From: Eutreptiella sp. 'Long Island Sound 2002'
Lineage: Eukaryota > Protista > Euglenida
NCBI GenBank assembly: GCA_964036045.1
Contig: OZ038378.1
Location: 2,914,001 to 2,978,000 of the forward strand
Length of the DNA stretch: 64,000 nucleotides
Reading direction: 5' to 3'
Part shown: positions 48,501 through 60,020 of the stretch, piece after piece
How the letters are laid out: each line of letters opens with the position of its first letter
Numbering within the stretch: position 1 is the stretch's first letter
The notes under the pieces: model-generated
The model's input: the letters and a program-made list of their open reading frames with translations, nothing else
The model's database searches: none
What the model was told of the DNA's origin: nothing
Made by a program: the position numbers and the translations under genes

Positions 48501-50625
48501 GTGGACGGCTCTGTGAAACAGGGTCAACCGGAGGCTGCAGAGTCCCTGGGAGACTAACAGCGCACCGCAGGAGAAAGAAGCCGTGAACCCGCAATGAGAA
48601 GACTGCATGGGGCACAGTGCAAAGCACACATCAGCACATCATGCAGAGAAAGGGCTCGTTAGTGAGTGTTGAAAGACCATGGGAGAATCCTTGCGAAAGA
48701 CTCCGAATTGCCCCTGTTCCAAATGTACGCTCAAACCAGGCTACAAACAGCCCCCTTGTGCAGTGTTGTCCCCATCTGTTTCTACTGCTGCCTGACTCCC
48801 GTCTCGTGCGGCCTGTCTCCAGAACCAAAACTACTGCACCCGTTGCCCTCACTGGGTTTTTGAATTTGAATTTCCCAATAGTGTGTTTTGAGGCCTGGGA
48901 CCAAGATCCTGGTCACTGGGAAGCTGTGTCGCTGAAAAACCACATGCAATGCAACAGGTAGTTCAGTTCGGGTCATCGCTTTTTTTCGTCGCATTTTTCC
49001 GCATTTTTCTGCATTTTTTCCGCACTTTTCCGCATTTTTTCATTTTCCGTTTCACCGCTTCCCCCCCCCCCCTGGGTTTTCGCGCTTGGCGTGTGCGCGT
49101 GTTTCACCCACCCACATGGCCCGTCCACAGCGAATGGGCACATGGCAAAGTGAGCCCATGTCGGCTCCTGCAGTTGGCTGGGCACATGCCACAGACATGG
49201 GGCTTCTCTGCGCAACGGATGACCATTGGCTGAGGAGCCCAGGGCTATCTTTAAGAAGCCAGTTTTTTTTGTTAAGGGCAGCCCTTAAGGACAACCCCCA
49301 GGGACCACCAGCGGCCAACCGCCACCAACCGCCACCAACCGTCAACCGCCAACCTTTGAAGTAGAGAAGGTCCCATGACCATGAGCCACAGAGCGTCCCC
49401 TTGAACGTTCTTCTCTGTTGGCGTTACGAAGGTTCCCCCCCCCCCCTTAAGGACAGCCCTGGAGGAGCCACGCTACGGCGGTCGTCCACGTCCCGTCCCG
49501 CCTTTTTTTCGTTTGCCCGTCAGAACCGACTGACTGAGTGAAGCCTGGGGATTTTGGGTTTCTTCCGCATGGATCATCCCCCGGACGCTGATTTTGTACT
49601 TTTTTGGTGCGTGCGGTACCCCGCGGCTGTGGTCCTGACCTTCTAGAGCCAGTCCGGCCCCCCTTTTGTTGCCGCAGGGGACATCGTGCGGTGGGCTGGC
49701 GGGGCTGAGTGCCAGAGAATGCGGCTGTCACGTCTGATCGAGGAGTGGGACGGCGAGATCGAACAAATGGCATACTCCCACTCGTTGAAGTATGCGCCCC
49801 ACAGCGCCACTGACTTAGGGCTCCATCTCGACCACGATCCATCGGCAGCCCCCCATCTGCTTGCGGCCTGTGCCTCTGTTGCCGTCCCTCGTGCCCCAGC
49901 CATTCCTGCCCGGACCCGTCTCTTTGTGCCCCTTTCTGTGTGCATGCGCAAGTGTACAATCATGAGCCTGGGTATCAACAGGCCGTAACAAAAAATTTGC
50001 ACTTCCCATTCGCGGGCTCAGAAGAGCAAGCAGTGTGTATCATGCAAATCTCTGTAGATGGAGGCACAACGGACCCTGCTGCCGAGTCAGCTGTCCTCAA
50101 CCTCCCTTGGCGGGGTAGGGGAGGGAGGTTGCGGCGCTGGAGGGAGTCTGCAACCCCCCGTTCCGGCTTAGTGCCATCGCTACATGCGTAAGTGCACATG
50201 CACTCACAGACGGAAGTGCGCGTGTGTGTGGCACACGCAGGCCCATGCACGCGCCCATGAAGCACGCGCGCCGGCCTGCGTGAAGCGGTGGGCAGAGATG
50301 CAGTGGGCAGCCTCTCCCATGTCCACTGTTCAGTTGGCTGCTGGTCATCACCACGGCGCATACTCTTTACACCATCGGTACCAACCATTTGCCGATGCCA
50401 ATGCAATGGAATCGGGCGCCCGCTGGGCTGCTACGGCCCTTGATCCAGCGGAAACTGGACAAGACTATGGTACAGAAGGCGGGCCCGAACAATGACGACG
50501 AGAGGTCATCAAAGCGGCGGCGGTACACTGCGTTGCAGCCCCCGGCACGCAGCGGCGACAGCGGATTACCGAAGCAGAAGGAATGTGTCCCAGGCAATGA
50601 GCTATGCGGGTCCAGCTCATCGTAG
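32314..50625 (+). CDS. Long multi-exon gene C of unknown family with beta-propeller-like segments. Supported exons: 32314-32403, 33562-33663, 35082-35178, 36619-36783, 38169-38273, 39090-39163, 39930-40074, 46249-46352, 48066-48288, 49678-49789
   Basis: All have GT-AG boundaries. Phase-consistent joins: SEDQ|VMNCF, KMPL|DFSCC, SSSS(E)|YDGQV, RNPK|SPASA, EPTK|GGDCV, SVH(G)|DIVRW. WD-like strings [14 protein letters not shown] and AELTLWNF. Some exons (37.1, 42-44, 50.0-50.6 kb) are unresolved, so start, end and single-gene status are uncertain. Confidence 0.55.
32870..32995 (+). repeat. Short degenerate tandem repeat of about 30 bp (GCAAGTCACAGAGCGCCTGCATGGCACAC...)
   Basis: About four units visible. 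Confidence 0.65.
34360..34442 (+). repeat. Imperfect (GT)n microsatellite
   Basis: Read directly. Confidence 0.9.
35243..35396 (+). repeat. (CAG)n followed by imperfect (GT)n microsatellites
   Basis: Read directly. Confidence 0.9.
35609..35784. repeat. 176-bp sequence, inverted copy of 27589-27764
   Basis: Manual alignment; this strand reads ...[22 protein letters not shown].... Confidence 0.92.
35860..36295 (+). repeat. Local direct duplication of about 130 bp (35860-35990 and 36155-36290)
   Basis: CTTGGTGCAGCGGC...GATGTCAGTGAG...GGAGAGGGATG...GCTGAACCCA...GAGCACCA present twice. Confidence 0.75.
40437..40625 (+). repeat. Dispersed repeat of about 190 bp, near-identical direct copy at 42732-42920; related reverse copy at about 150-315
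   Basis: CCAGGGCTTCTTTAGAATAATTAAAAACC...GGCCATTTTTGGTACACCAAGTTTTGGGTCC shared. Confidence 0.85.
41076..41400 (+). repeat. Direct duplication of about 50 bp (GCGCATGCACGGCCTTGTCTAAG.ACGGGGTGGGCGTTGAACCGCCGTTTT)
   Basis: Copies at about 41076 and 41346. Confidence 0.8.
42732..42920 (+). repeat. Dispersed repeat of about 190 bp, copy of 40437-40625
   Basis: Direct alignment by eye. Confidence 0.85.
45558..45720 (-). repeat. Dispersed repeat of about 160 bp, copy 2
   Basis: Near-identical to 47062-47223. Confidence 0.85.
47062..47223 (-). repeat. Dispersed repeat of about 160 bp, copy 3
   Basis: Near-identical to 45558-45720. Confidence 0.85.
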
Positions 50626-51879
50626 ACGCCCAAGGACGCAGGGGAAGGCACACAGCCCAGGCCAGGGCAGTACGGAACGCATCCCAGTGTTATAGTTATT
50701 TGACCCGATTTGTATTGGGAGACTTTGGGGGTGGTGTGCGTGCGTCTGTGCGGGACTGTGTGATTTTGTGACCTGCACGTGGAATCTGGGGCCTTTGCAG
50801 TCGTATGTGTGTTCATTCCCACTGCATTTCCCCCGCAGTGTTGTTCCGCCTGCCCTGTGTTGCGGAGGTACCATTTCCTGTGAAGTCCATGGCAGGCACT
50901 GGGCAGGGCTTTGGCGTCGTTTTCTGTTACGTGCCTCTGAGTGAGTCGATTCCACTCCCCAAGTGTCTCCCAGGCTCCCTTGGCTTTTACCCAGTGCACT
51001 GAGGCAACACAAGTTTGTCAACAAGCCTTGAGTCCTGCCGCGGGAAGGCATTCAGGAGACCCTTCAGCGTTTTTCAACGCATCTCCTGTCCAAAGAAAAA
51101 GGTACTAAGACCATCGCTTCTGGTGCTTTGCCCAAGTTGTAACCCCTGCAGTCCGCGGTCATTCACGGCTTGGTGACTGGAGCAGCAGCCACAGCTGAGC
51201 TGGCGGTTGTTTGGCGAAAAATACTGTACTGTGGCATGCTACAGGGCAAAATTTGACAAAGCACCCCCGACCCCCCCCCCCCTACATATTGGGGTTCAGC
51301 AGCCACCCAAGTTTCACCTCTGGGGTTCGGCAGTTTTCCTGCAACCCGACCAAGTTAAGGAGGGGTTGGACAGGCTTGAACCCGAAATATGGGCGACAAC
51401 GGCCACAATTGAGCTGGCGGTTGTTTGGCTCAAAAGGATTTACTGCGGCACATGCTACAGGGCCAAAATTTGCTTTTCGTTCCCGATCTTTTGGACCAGT
51501 ACTCGTTGGGAAAACCAGATAGAGCGTGCAATGTTTCGGAGGGCAAAGCACTGGATAGTGCCCTTTTGCAAAGAGGGGCACTAGTGGTTTTTTTTTTGTG
51601 TCTCTCCGCGGCCCATCCCCCCCCTCTCCCAAAAAACCCAAGACTAACTCTAACCTGGAAATCTTATTCTTTAAAACCACTTTTGAAAAAAAGCAAAGTG
51701 GACGCAACCCCTACAACCCCTGACCTTTACTCTGAAAATGCTTCCGAACCCATTGACCCACCAGAAACCCCTGATCTCGAGCTTTTCAATATTTCACCCT
51801 CCTTCCCATATTTCACCCCCACCAAAAACCTGAGACGTCGCGTGCGTCGATTCAAAGCCCCCCCCCCCCCCGTGGGTAA

Positions 51880-52051
51880 TTGGAAAATACCCTGGCAAAT
51901 GACCGAAAGATTTAAAGTACTGCTTGGTAACAACCAGGTGTGGTTTGTTCAGAGACCCAACGCTAAGTGCCCATTCCAAGGGGACAACCACTTTGTGTGT
52001 GGCACGTTTACCTTGAGGGAGCTGCACTCACTCGTCGAGGACACAGCTTAG
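51880..52051 (+). pseudogene. Possible Ulp1-like protease C-terminal remnant (KCPFQGDNHFVCGTFTL)
   Basis: Resembles the CP.Q.N..DCG.F.L catalytic-Cys motif; upstream motifs not found. Confidence 0.3.
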
Positions 52052-53565
52052 ATGCAGCGTGACATACCGGTTTTTGAGGGGTGGGATGTCGTTTCAATTG
52101 TGGATTATCAATGAGAGGTCAAAAGCAAGTTGATCCAGCTTGTTAATTCCAATGGATTTTCCTATAAGGTTACTTCTATGGCCTAACCCAACCGGCGATT
52201 ACATACACATGTGTGCGACCTGGCACGTTCTCAGAAACGGTTGATGTTCGTAATATCTTGCACAGTCTAAATATTAGGAGACAGACCGCTGTGTACACAG
52301 ATGAACCAACCATTCAAAATGGCTGCTAGAGGAAGACAGTCAAAACAAGCCATCAAGGCATCATAGAACCGCAGGTCGATGGGGGCGACTGACTGTGACG
52401 CATGTCAGCACTGGCCGCACTGCAATGGTGAGCAAGTGGGACAAGCATTACACTCTCACCGACACAACTGCGCGAGTTCAGAGCCCCCCCCCCCCCCCCC
52501 CACCCGCACTCGGCCCATAACTGACGTCCACCAACCAGCAGACACACAAAAGACATGTCAGTAGACACCGATTGCGCGACGCGGTGCGGTAGTCAACCAG
52601 GTTTTGTGGAACACGTCCCCAACATGCCAACCTGCAGCACCTCCTTGTGTCATATGTAAAGATTATTCGAAGGGGTGCCAAAAGTCATAACACGATCAGG
52701 GAAGGGACATGGGCACAGTGTACCCTTGCCGCCGGCGGTTGACAATGCGAAAGTTTAACGTGCTGCCAGGTTTGACCAGCTCAGTCTCTTCACCTTTCGT
52801 CATTGCCTTTAGTCTGCAATTGCCAAAGATTTGTTGTGTGCCCATTCAGTGGAAAGGGGTGAATGAATGAAACGGGGCGTGGTGGGGGGGGGGGGGGTCA
52901 CAGTCCGTCACTCAGAAATCTTGCTAGAAAAGCAGTGGTGTCCCGAGGACACCATTGTCTCTCTGTTGGCCGACACTGATGCAGCCATGCTGTTCTACTC
53001 ACAGATGGAAAGGCGCCTATAATACCACTGATGAAAAGGTTTTTCTTATGCTGTGCCTGAGTGCCTTGCCTGGTCTCTCGACACCCTTCCGTATAAGAGT
53101 GCAGAGTCGAGGGTGATCGTCCTGCTCTCAATGATTTCACATGTCACAACACCATCGCCCCCATACTCCATGACCTCCAGCACATGACCGTGACCTCATG
53201 CAATTATCTGCTTTATTTCCTAATCCTGATCCGTCAACACAGGAACGCTGCTGACCAATGGCTCTCGATTGTGCACATGTGGGGCGCACGATTTCCACGC
53301 CCCAGGGGGTTGGGGAACAGCAGAATTTGCGACCTGGTTCGCCCCTTGTAAGACAAGGGGCATGGAGGGCTTGCAGGCTACAGACAATTGTACCCCGTGC
53401 CACAAAGAGAAACACGGTGGGTGGGAGGACACAGAAAACTTGGCGGGTGCCAGAGAGCATTTTGCATGCCGCGTTTGAGGATTTGGAATCTGCCATTGCC
53501 GTTTGTATTGTCTACGGCTTTTGATTCTCTGACGCCGTTCTGCCAGGACAGCCGCCATTTCGGTG

Positions 53566-53644
<79 letters not shown>

Positions 53645-53841
53645 TGCGTGCATGTGTGTTCACCGTGACGCACGACGCATTCCAACTGCTGACCCCTATC
53701 CTTCTGGACATTGCTGCTCCCAAGCACTGCTGCCTGCAGAAGGGCGCCTAGCCGCCCATGGTCATGGCTTCTCCCTGACCGCCGGACAGCCTGACAAGAA
53801 TTGAGCACTCAGCGCCCTTGCCTGTGTGTCGCCATACGTGT

Positions 53842-53937
<96 letters not shown>

Positions 53938-54188
53938 CGGGGTGGTGGCACCCAGCACACGATAAATCTAGGCTATGGCAACGGCAGTGCACGAGCTCCT
54001 CCGCGGGCGGTTTTTATGGTCTGTTGCGCGGTGCAGAACTGAACGCGGGAAATGGTGAGGTCCACTGTCCGGAACTGCATTTGCTCATTCTCTACCAACA
54101 GACCGAAAGACGTCTAGGACAGCTCTGCTGTTCCTGAGGAGTTTTCTTTCAACCGCTTTTCTTGCTTCGTTCTTGTCTCGCGGTTCCC

Positions 54189-54246
<58 letters not shown>

Positions 54247-54270
54247 CGTGTGTCCGCGTGCGTGCGTGTG
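53566..54270 (+). repeat. Three long (GT)n microsatellites (about 53566-53640, 53826-53936, 54192-54242)
   Basis: Read directly. Confidence 0.95.
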
Positions 54271-54399
54271 TGTCTCCTAGCAGGTTATGTACCCCCCTGC
54301 TTGCGGGTTTGAGCTCGACGCATTACCATAATTAGCGCAAGCGCCTGCACCTCAGATTCGGCGGTGTATGGTGCGCTGACAAATTTGTGCATGTGTGTG

Positions 54400-54990
54400 T
54401 CCATGTGTGCGCATTGGACCAGCCATCATAGCCCTCATCACTGATCCTTGCAACTGGAGGCAAACAGAGAATTGGTTTTGGACATCCCAATCCCAGAATT
54501 CCAGGACCAGCCTCAGCCCACGGCAATATATCAGTACCGTCGAATTCTGGTGGGACCACATTGCATGGGACGAAAGTTTTTTTCTTTGGGACCAAAGTTT
54601 TTCCTTGTTTTTCTCGTTGCATACCATGCGCTGCAACCCTGCGGTGCCTATGACTGGCATGGTGAATTCAGAACGTCACGGAGGCCACCACATGGATTTA
54701 GGCAGCAATCCAAACACTGAAAGGCGTAAAACTGTGTCATGACTGGCGTTAGACTGCGTGACCACGTCCTGTTCTGCAAAATGCCAGTGGTAGAGTCTGC
54801 AAGCGCGTGCCATGCTGTCTGCTGAACTCCTCAATGTCTTCCAAATTGGCATTTTGCAAACCTGAACACGAAATGAGCCAATGGTCTTCAATGGGGTGGG
54901 GCATCCTTCACTCAAATGCCCAAGAGTCACCTCCCAAGTGGATTGAATGTGTTTTTGTGTGTGGAGAGGGGGTCCTGCAAATGGGCAGTA
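54400..54990 (+). pseudogene. Degenerate non-LTR retrotransposon reverse transcriptase fragment
   Basis: Ordered motifs DIPIPE...YQYRRIL (IPIPK...YRPISL), PHGFRQ (QxGFR) and KLAFCKPEH...G...PPKWIECV (KAFD.V.H...G.P.K.I), across stops and frameshifts; no YADD found. Confidence 0.5.
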
Positions 54991-56899
54991 TGGGGCATTC
55001 GAAGTGTTTGACGTATTGCATGTGTGGCCACAACTGCCTCTGTAGATGCTATGTGACAGTCCCTGAGGTTGGGCCAGGCCCTTGGGCTGTCTGGCACGCT
55101 GCAGTGTAGGGCTGAAGGCCTCTGGCAGTGGGTGTTGCAGCAGAGAAGGATGTAAAGGCAGGAACAGTACCGGCAGAGGGCATGCGGCCTTTGGCTGTTG
55201 TGGAGTGGCCTAAGGCGCTTGTCTGACATGTGCCTCGTGTGCTGTCCGCTGTGGGGGTGGGGGGGTGCAAGAGACGCAGTGCGAAGATGCCGATGGATTT
55301 TCCTGGGCACTACGGGGCACCCAGTAAGGTCGCCGTGCCTCAGTGCAGTGCAGCACAGCGTCTCGGGAAGGAGAGCGTCAGGGGAGGGGCACAGTAGCCA
55401 AATCGGATCCACTAAGACAAGGGCTAGCCGCTGCCCCTTCTCCTTCTTATATCTTTCCAGTGTTGGGCTTCTGAGCATAAGTGGGGCTAGTCTGGGGGGG
55501 GGAGGGCGGAGGGATGGGGATACATGTGCTGCGTGGCGGGTGTAAGGGTGTGCTTTGCAATGGAAGTTCAGACGGCGGGCGATAACACAAAGTTGGTGCT
55601 TTGAGGCGCACAGGAACAATAACTCACTATGAGCCTTCACATGAGACATTTCTGCTAGAGAAGATGCACGCGTCTTTCTCATAGCTTTGGTGCCTGAAGA
55701 CAGTCCGTTCTTTGGTCCCTCTATTTGTCATTCTGCGGCACAACGCTTCTTATTGACCGCCAGTTTGGCAATTTGTCGACGACAGTTGGTGTCTTTGCCT
55801 GTTCCAGTTCAATAGAGCCAGCATTACCTCCCTCGATTCCTTGTGCAGGTGGCATCTCTTGGATACTCTTTCTAACATCCCAGGTGGGCAAGCTTGTCAT
55901 CACCAACTGGCAAACCACAGGGGCTACCCCCCCGCCCTTTGTTGTTCCCCGCCCCTTGTCGTTCTCCGGGGGGGGGGGGGGGGGCGTCACTTGGTCAACC
56001 CAAGATTTTTCGTTGCGGCTCATTGTGTTGTTGTGTGGGTGACTGTGTTGTGGGACACTGCCACTTGTATCCCTTGCACTCATGGCAGGACGTTTTGCTC
56101 ACTTTTATTGGAATGAAACTTGACCGCACAACCATGTTTCCCCCTGGGACAAATGTGATGCTCATCCGCTCCACGGGGGGCCCTGTTTTGGTCGTTGGAC
56201 ATTCGGAGCACGGTGATGCATATTGCCGCATCACTTTTGACCGTGATGGCAAGACCGTCTTGCACGACCGTGCGTCTGTTCGGCGCCTCTCAAATGTGCG
56301 TGTGCGGTGGTGGTGCGGTCCCCTAGGGGGGGATGGGGGACCGTCACTTGGCAACCGTCCCCCAGGGGGTGGTGGGGGACCGTCTTCCCTGGGGTGGGGA
56401 ACGACAAAGGGGGGGGGGGGCTACGAAAAGAGCTACCCTCCCGTCCCCATCCCATGGGGCGTTTTTCTTTGAAACCGGATCCAGCCTTTTCAAGCTGGCA
56501 TCCTACCATGGCTAGATTCTCTCAGGTCGAGTTTTCCTCCTGCCTAAAGTCTGCTCGCCACTGTTGTTTTTGAGTTGTCACCCACCAATACAACAGAACC
56601 CATCCCTCATGAATCGGCGCAAATGATCGAGCATACTCGCAAGATCCGCAATCCACAACAAGCAGAGGGAGCGGGCAGGTTCGATACCACACCATAGCCA
56701 TAGGGCCTACTTCACCATGAAGGTCTATTTGCATGCGCATATGGCTCAGTCAAATTTCCTCCCCATTTGTGCCATTTTGCCGGGTGTGGCATATATGTAG
56801 GGGCTAGGATTAAGATTGTACATCCCATGCCCCTGCACTGCAAATAGACTAACCAGACAGCTGATCTGCGTGCTGGGACTACTCTCAATCCTACCAGAC

Positions 56900-58330
56900 G
56901 AGAATCTGATTGTAATCACAGACCCGGTTTGGGGTTTCAAAGGCGAGACTTGCTGGGCTTGAAAGCGGAAGGCACAGATACCACAGTTAGTGGCACTGTC
57001 TCCTGCCCGGATGATTGATGCCCAGTCGCATCAACGTCTGCCGCAATGCCACCCCGCACCAGCAAATCCAAGAGAATGAAAAGGCAAATGGTCTTCCTCA
57101 AAGAGGGACGTAACAATGAGGTCTTCAATGTGCAATCAGCCATTTCCCTTTCAATCTTCGCAGAGGGAGCATTGTCACTAGGTCAAGAGCTGGACACGGA
57201 GCAAGTGCAAAGGTGTTTAGAGTATCCCCATCCGCAAGCACGCCCAAGCAATGCGTCTTTGCCTGTTGGGGTGTGGGCAAAGGGGGTCATGCTAGTGAAA
57301 ACGCAGTGTATCTCATGACCCTGAAATAACAGAGTCATACAACATTTTCAAAAGCCTGCCCAGTTCACTTTTGTTCAAACGTATGCACTTGGTCCATTGA
57401 TTTGAGCCATTTGCTTGGGCCATGAATTGTAGCCGTGCACTTGGGTCATTAGCTTAAGCCATGCACTGGGGCCATGGTGAATTTGATTGGCACCAGAAAG
57501 ACTCAAGATGCCACTCCACCCCTTGAGCCAGTCCCTGCACAATGTGCGTAGGGTGCTAAGGCCCATGCCCCTCCAATACAGGGTACACGAAAGCGGTCAT
57601 AAAATGTGGGGCTCATGACCTAAATTGTACGGCTCACATCACATCTTGCCGGTTAGGACCACGGCCCTTTTGCTGTCCAACGCACTGCGTGCCTCTCGAA
57701 GATCTGGATCACATCCTCAATGTTCAAAGAATTGTACAACATGCGGCTCCGTTAGGGGGCAAAAGATGTCGAAGTCCACACCGCACGGACACGGGGTCAA
57801 CCGCACACCCCTACCCCTTGTACCATAGGTGCAACTTGCTCCAACACCAAACCCAACAGACCACACACCCTGGCCACAGAAGCCAAACAAAGGTTCCTTC
57901 CAACAGCTCTGACACATGGAATGCATGTCAAAGAGAATGCTGATCCTTTTGGACAGACCAACACAGTTAAAGACCAGGTTTGCAGCCAAAGACACGGGAA
58001 ATGACCACATTGGCTGTCATGCACCCAATCCTGGTTCCAACGCTCTATACCGACCCTCATCAGGGTGAAGGGGTGGGTGACAGGGGAGCGTGTCTCCCAG
58101 AGTGGAGGGGGGGAGGGGGCTGTGTTTTGCGTAGCTGTTGCCTGTCCCTGTCCCCAAACCCAACCCCCAGCTGCACACCTGGCAAAAAGCAAACAAAGAA
58201 CAAAAACCCAAGTAACACTAATACGGGTTACTCAGTTCTGGCAAAGGCCGACAGTGTTGGCATGATAATGGTCAAACAGCCGCGCCACGGAAACTGGTTC
58301 CATATACTTAGGCGCCCATGTAGTGGATGC
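56900..58330 (-). pseudogene. Degenerate tyrosine recombinase of DIRS/Ngaro (or Crypton) type
   Basis: Collinear pieces in shifting frames: PFTLMRVGIERW, W...SLAANLV...GLSKRISIL (RKSNL box), SRTI*...RVPCIGG, LRQTLMRLGI...CH*L (HSLR box), AFRFQAQQVSPL. Confidence 0.5.
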
Positions 58331-59550
58331 CCCAGTCAGGCTCAATCAAAGTCCACGGGGTTTCAAAAGTTCAGCAGACAGTAGGGAGGAACAGTGTGGC
58401 CTGTCTGAGTGATGTGTGTGCCCCCGTGTCCCATCCCTCCTGCTGTGGCAAAACTGCAGTTACTTGGGTAATCTCAGATGGCAGATGGGAGGGGGTTTTT
58501 CAGGGTTGGGCACTGTTCAGATCAGTAATGCATGAGGCAGCGTGCCTCAGGCCACTTAACCTGAAAAGAAAACGTGCATCCTCCAGAGACAAAGCGTTGA
58601 CAGACACCGAAAACTGCAAAACTAGAAGAAAATATCAGCCCCCGTACGGGGGCTTTAGGGTCTGGGTGATGTCTCATCAAACAGCAAAGCCATGCAACCT
58701 GGAGAGTTTGAAGCCAATCCCTCCACCCGTTAAGTTCCATATGATTTCAATACAGTGATCGGATGCGCACAATTTCCAAAAATTCCCTTTTCAGCTCATT
58801 CTCTGAACGTTGGGGTCTGGTGACATCTGGAGCCGTCTCAGTTGGGATGTGGGGTCCGGTCAGAGTGTGAGACTTCACTTGCGTTTTCCCTTAGGCAGCT
58901 ACCTTAGCATTTCCATGTCACGGCTGCAAATACATCGCGTGTAATTTTTTCCGCACACTATGCTCACTGTGTGTGATTCCACGTTTCATGCGCAGCTTGT
59001 TCACCGCTTGAACACAACTGCGAATATCCAGAGGGGCTGTTTTTCCCCTGAGCAAGCATTGGAGCGCCTACTCCTCTGCGGCGGTGTAAATCATGCTTGA
59101 TGCAGTGCCACCACTTGATTGCTTGTTGTTGTTCTTCTTCGCCACTTTCTCTGCCTCCGCATGTTCATCTTCCTCCCCAGCAGCCGATTTTTGACAGCTG
59201 TGGTGACAGGTCCAAGAGTAGCTTACTGTTGCCTTGGGACAAAGCTTTCCTTCTCGCATAGCACGGCATACGCAGCAAGTGCTTCAACAACAACTTCATT
59301 TTCTGCAAGTTGACCCCAGCATGCGAGCATGCCAAAAGCCTCCATATGTGCAGGTGTCGAAAACAAATACGCATGCTGCACAAGCCTACCGTCATTGTGA
59401 CTCTGCCACGCCCTTGGGCTTCCCAGTGTGCATGTCTCCCACTGCAAAACCGGGTTTCAAGCTCAGCTAATCCTCACTACGTGTCAGATCCGCTACCACA
59501 GTCATTTGTGGGAACCAGTCCTGGAGATAAAGTGTATCCCAAAAACTGAA

Positions 59551-60020
59551 ATCACCTCGAAGAGGTTTGTTAGATCAAGCGCAAGTGCGTACACCATATA
59601 CCCCCCTTTTTTGGGGTCATTTGCGTACGATACCCCAAGGTATGGTACCGGATGTCCAACCCCTCGTAAAATCATCATTTTAGGAGAGAAAATGATACCC
59701 CAATGAATTTTTCGTTTTTGACCCCTTTAGCCCCCCTTACCCGGGTACCCCTTTTTGGGGGGGTGGGGGTGTGTGTGGGTGGGTGTCGGGGGGGGGAGGG
59801 GTCAAAACTTCTTTGCGTATTCTGGGTGCTGTGTGTGGATCTGGACCCAGGTCCCGGGCAACTTTTTTCTTGTACATGGACCCCCTAACCCATGGCGGGG
59901 ATCCCGGGTCCGAACTCCAGGTACCCCCGGTCGCCCCCCCCTATGGGCCCTTGCTAGTGAGGACTAAGCCGTTTTCACGCTGGATGAGGCAGTTTAGTGA
60001 CACCTGCAAGATTTCCAAAA
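59551..60020 (+). mobile_element. 5' portion of a Helentron-like element (same subfamily as 6735-7807), interrupted by the next copy
   Basis: Starts ATCACCTCGAAGAGG; collinear with the reverse complement of about 7350-7807. Confidence 0.7.

Noticed and set aside
59230-59460. VGDMHTG motif suggesting a Plavaka/CACTA transposase
   Set aside because: A single short motif amid stops; insufficient support.
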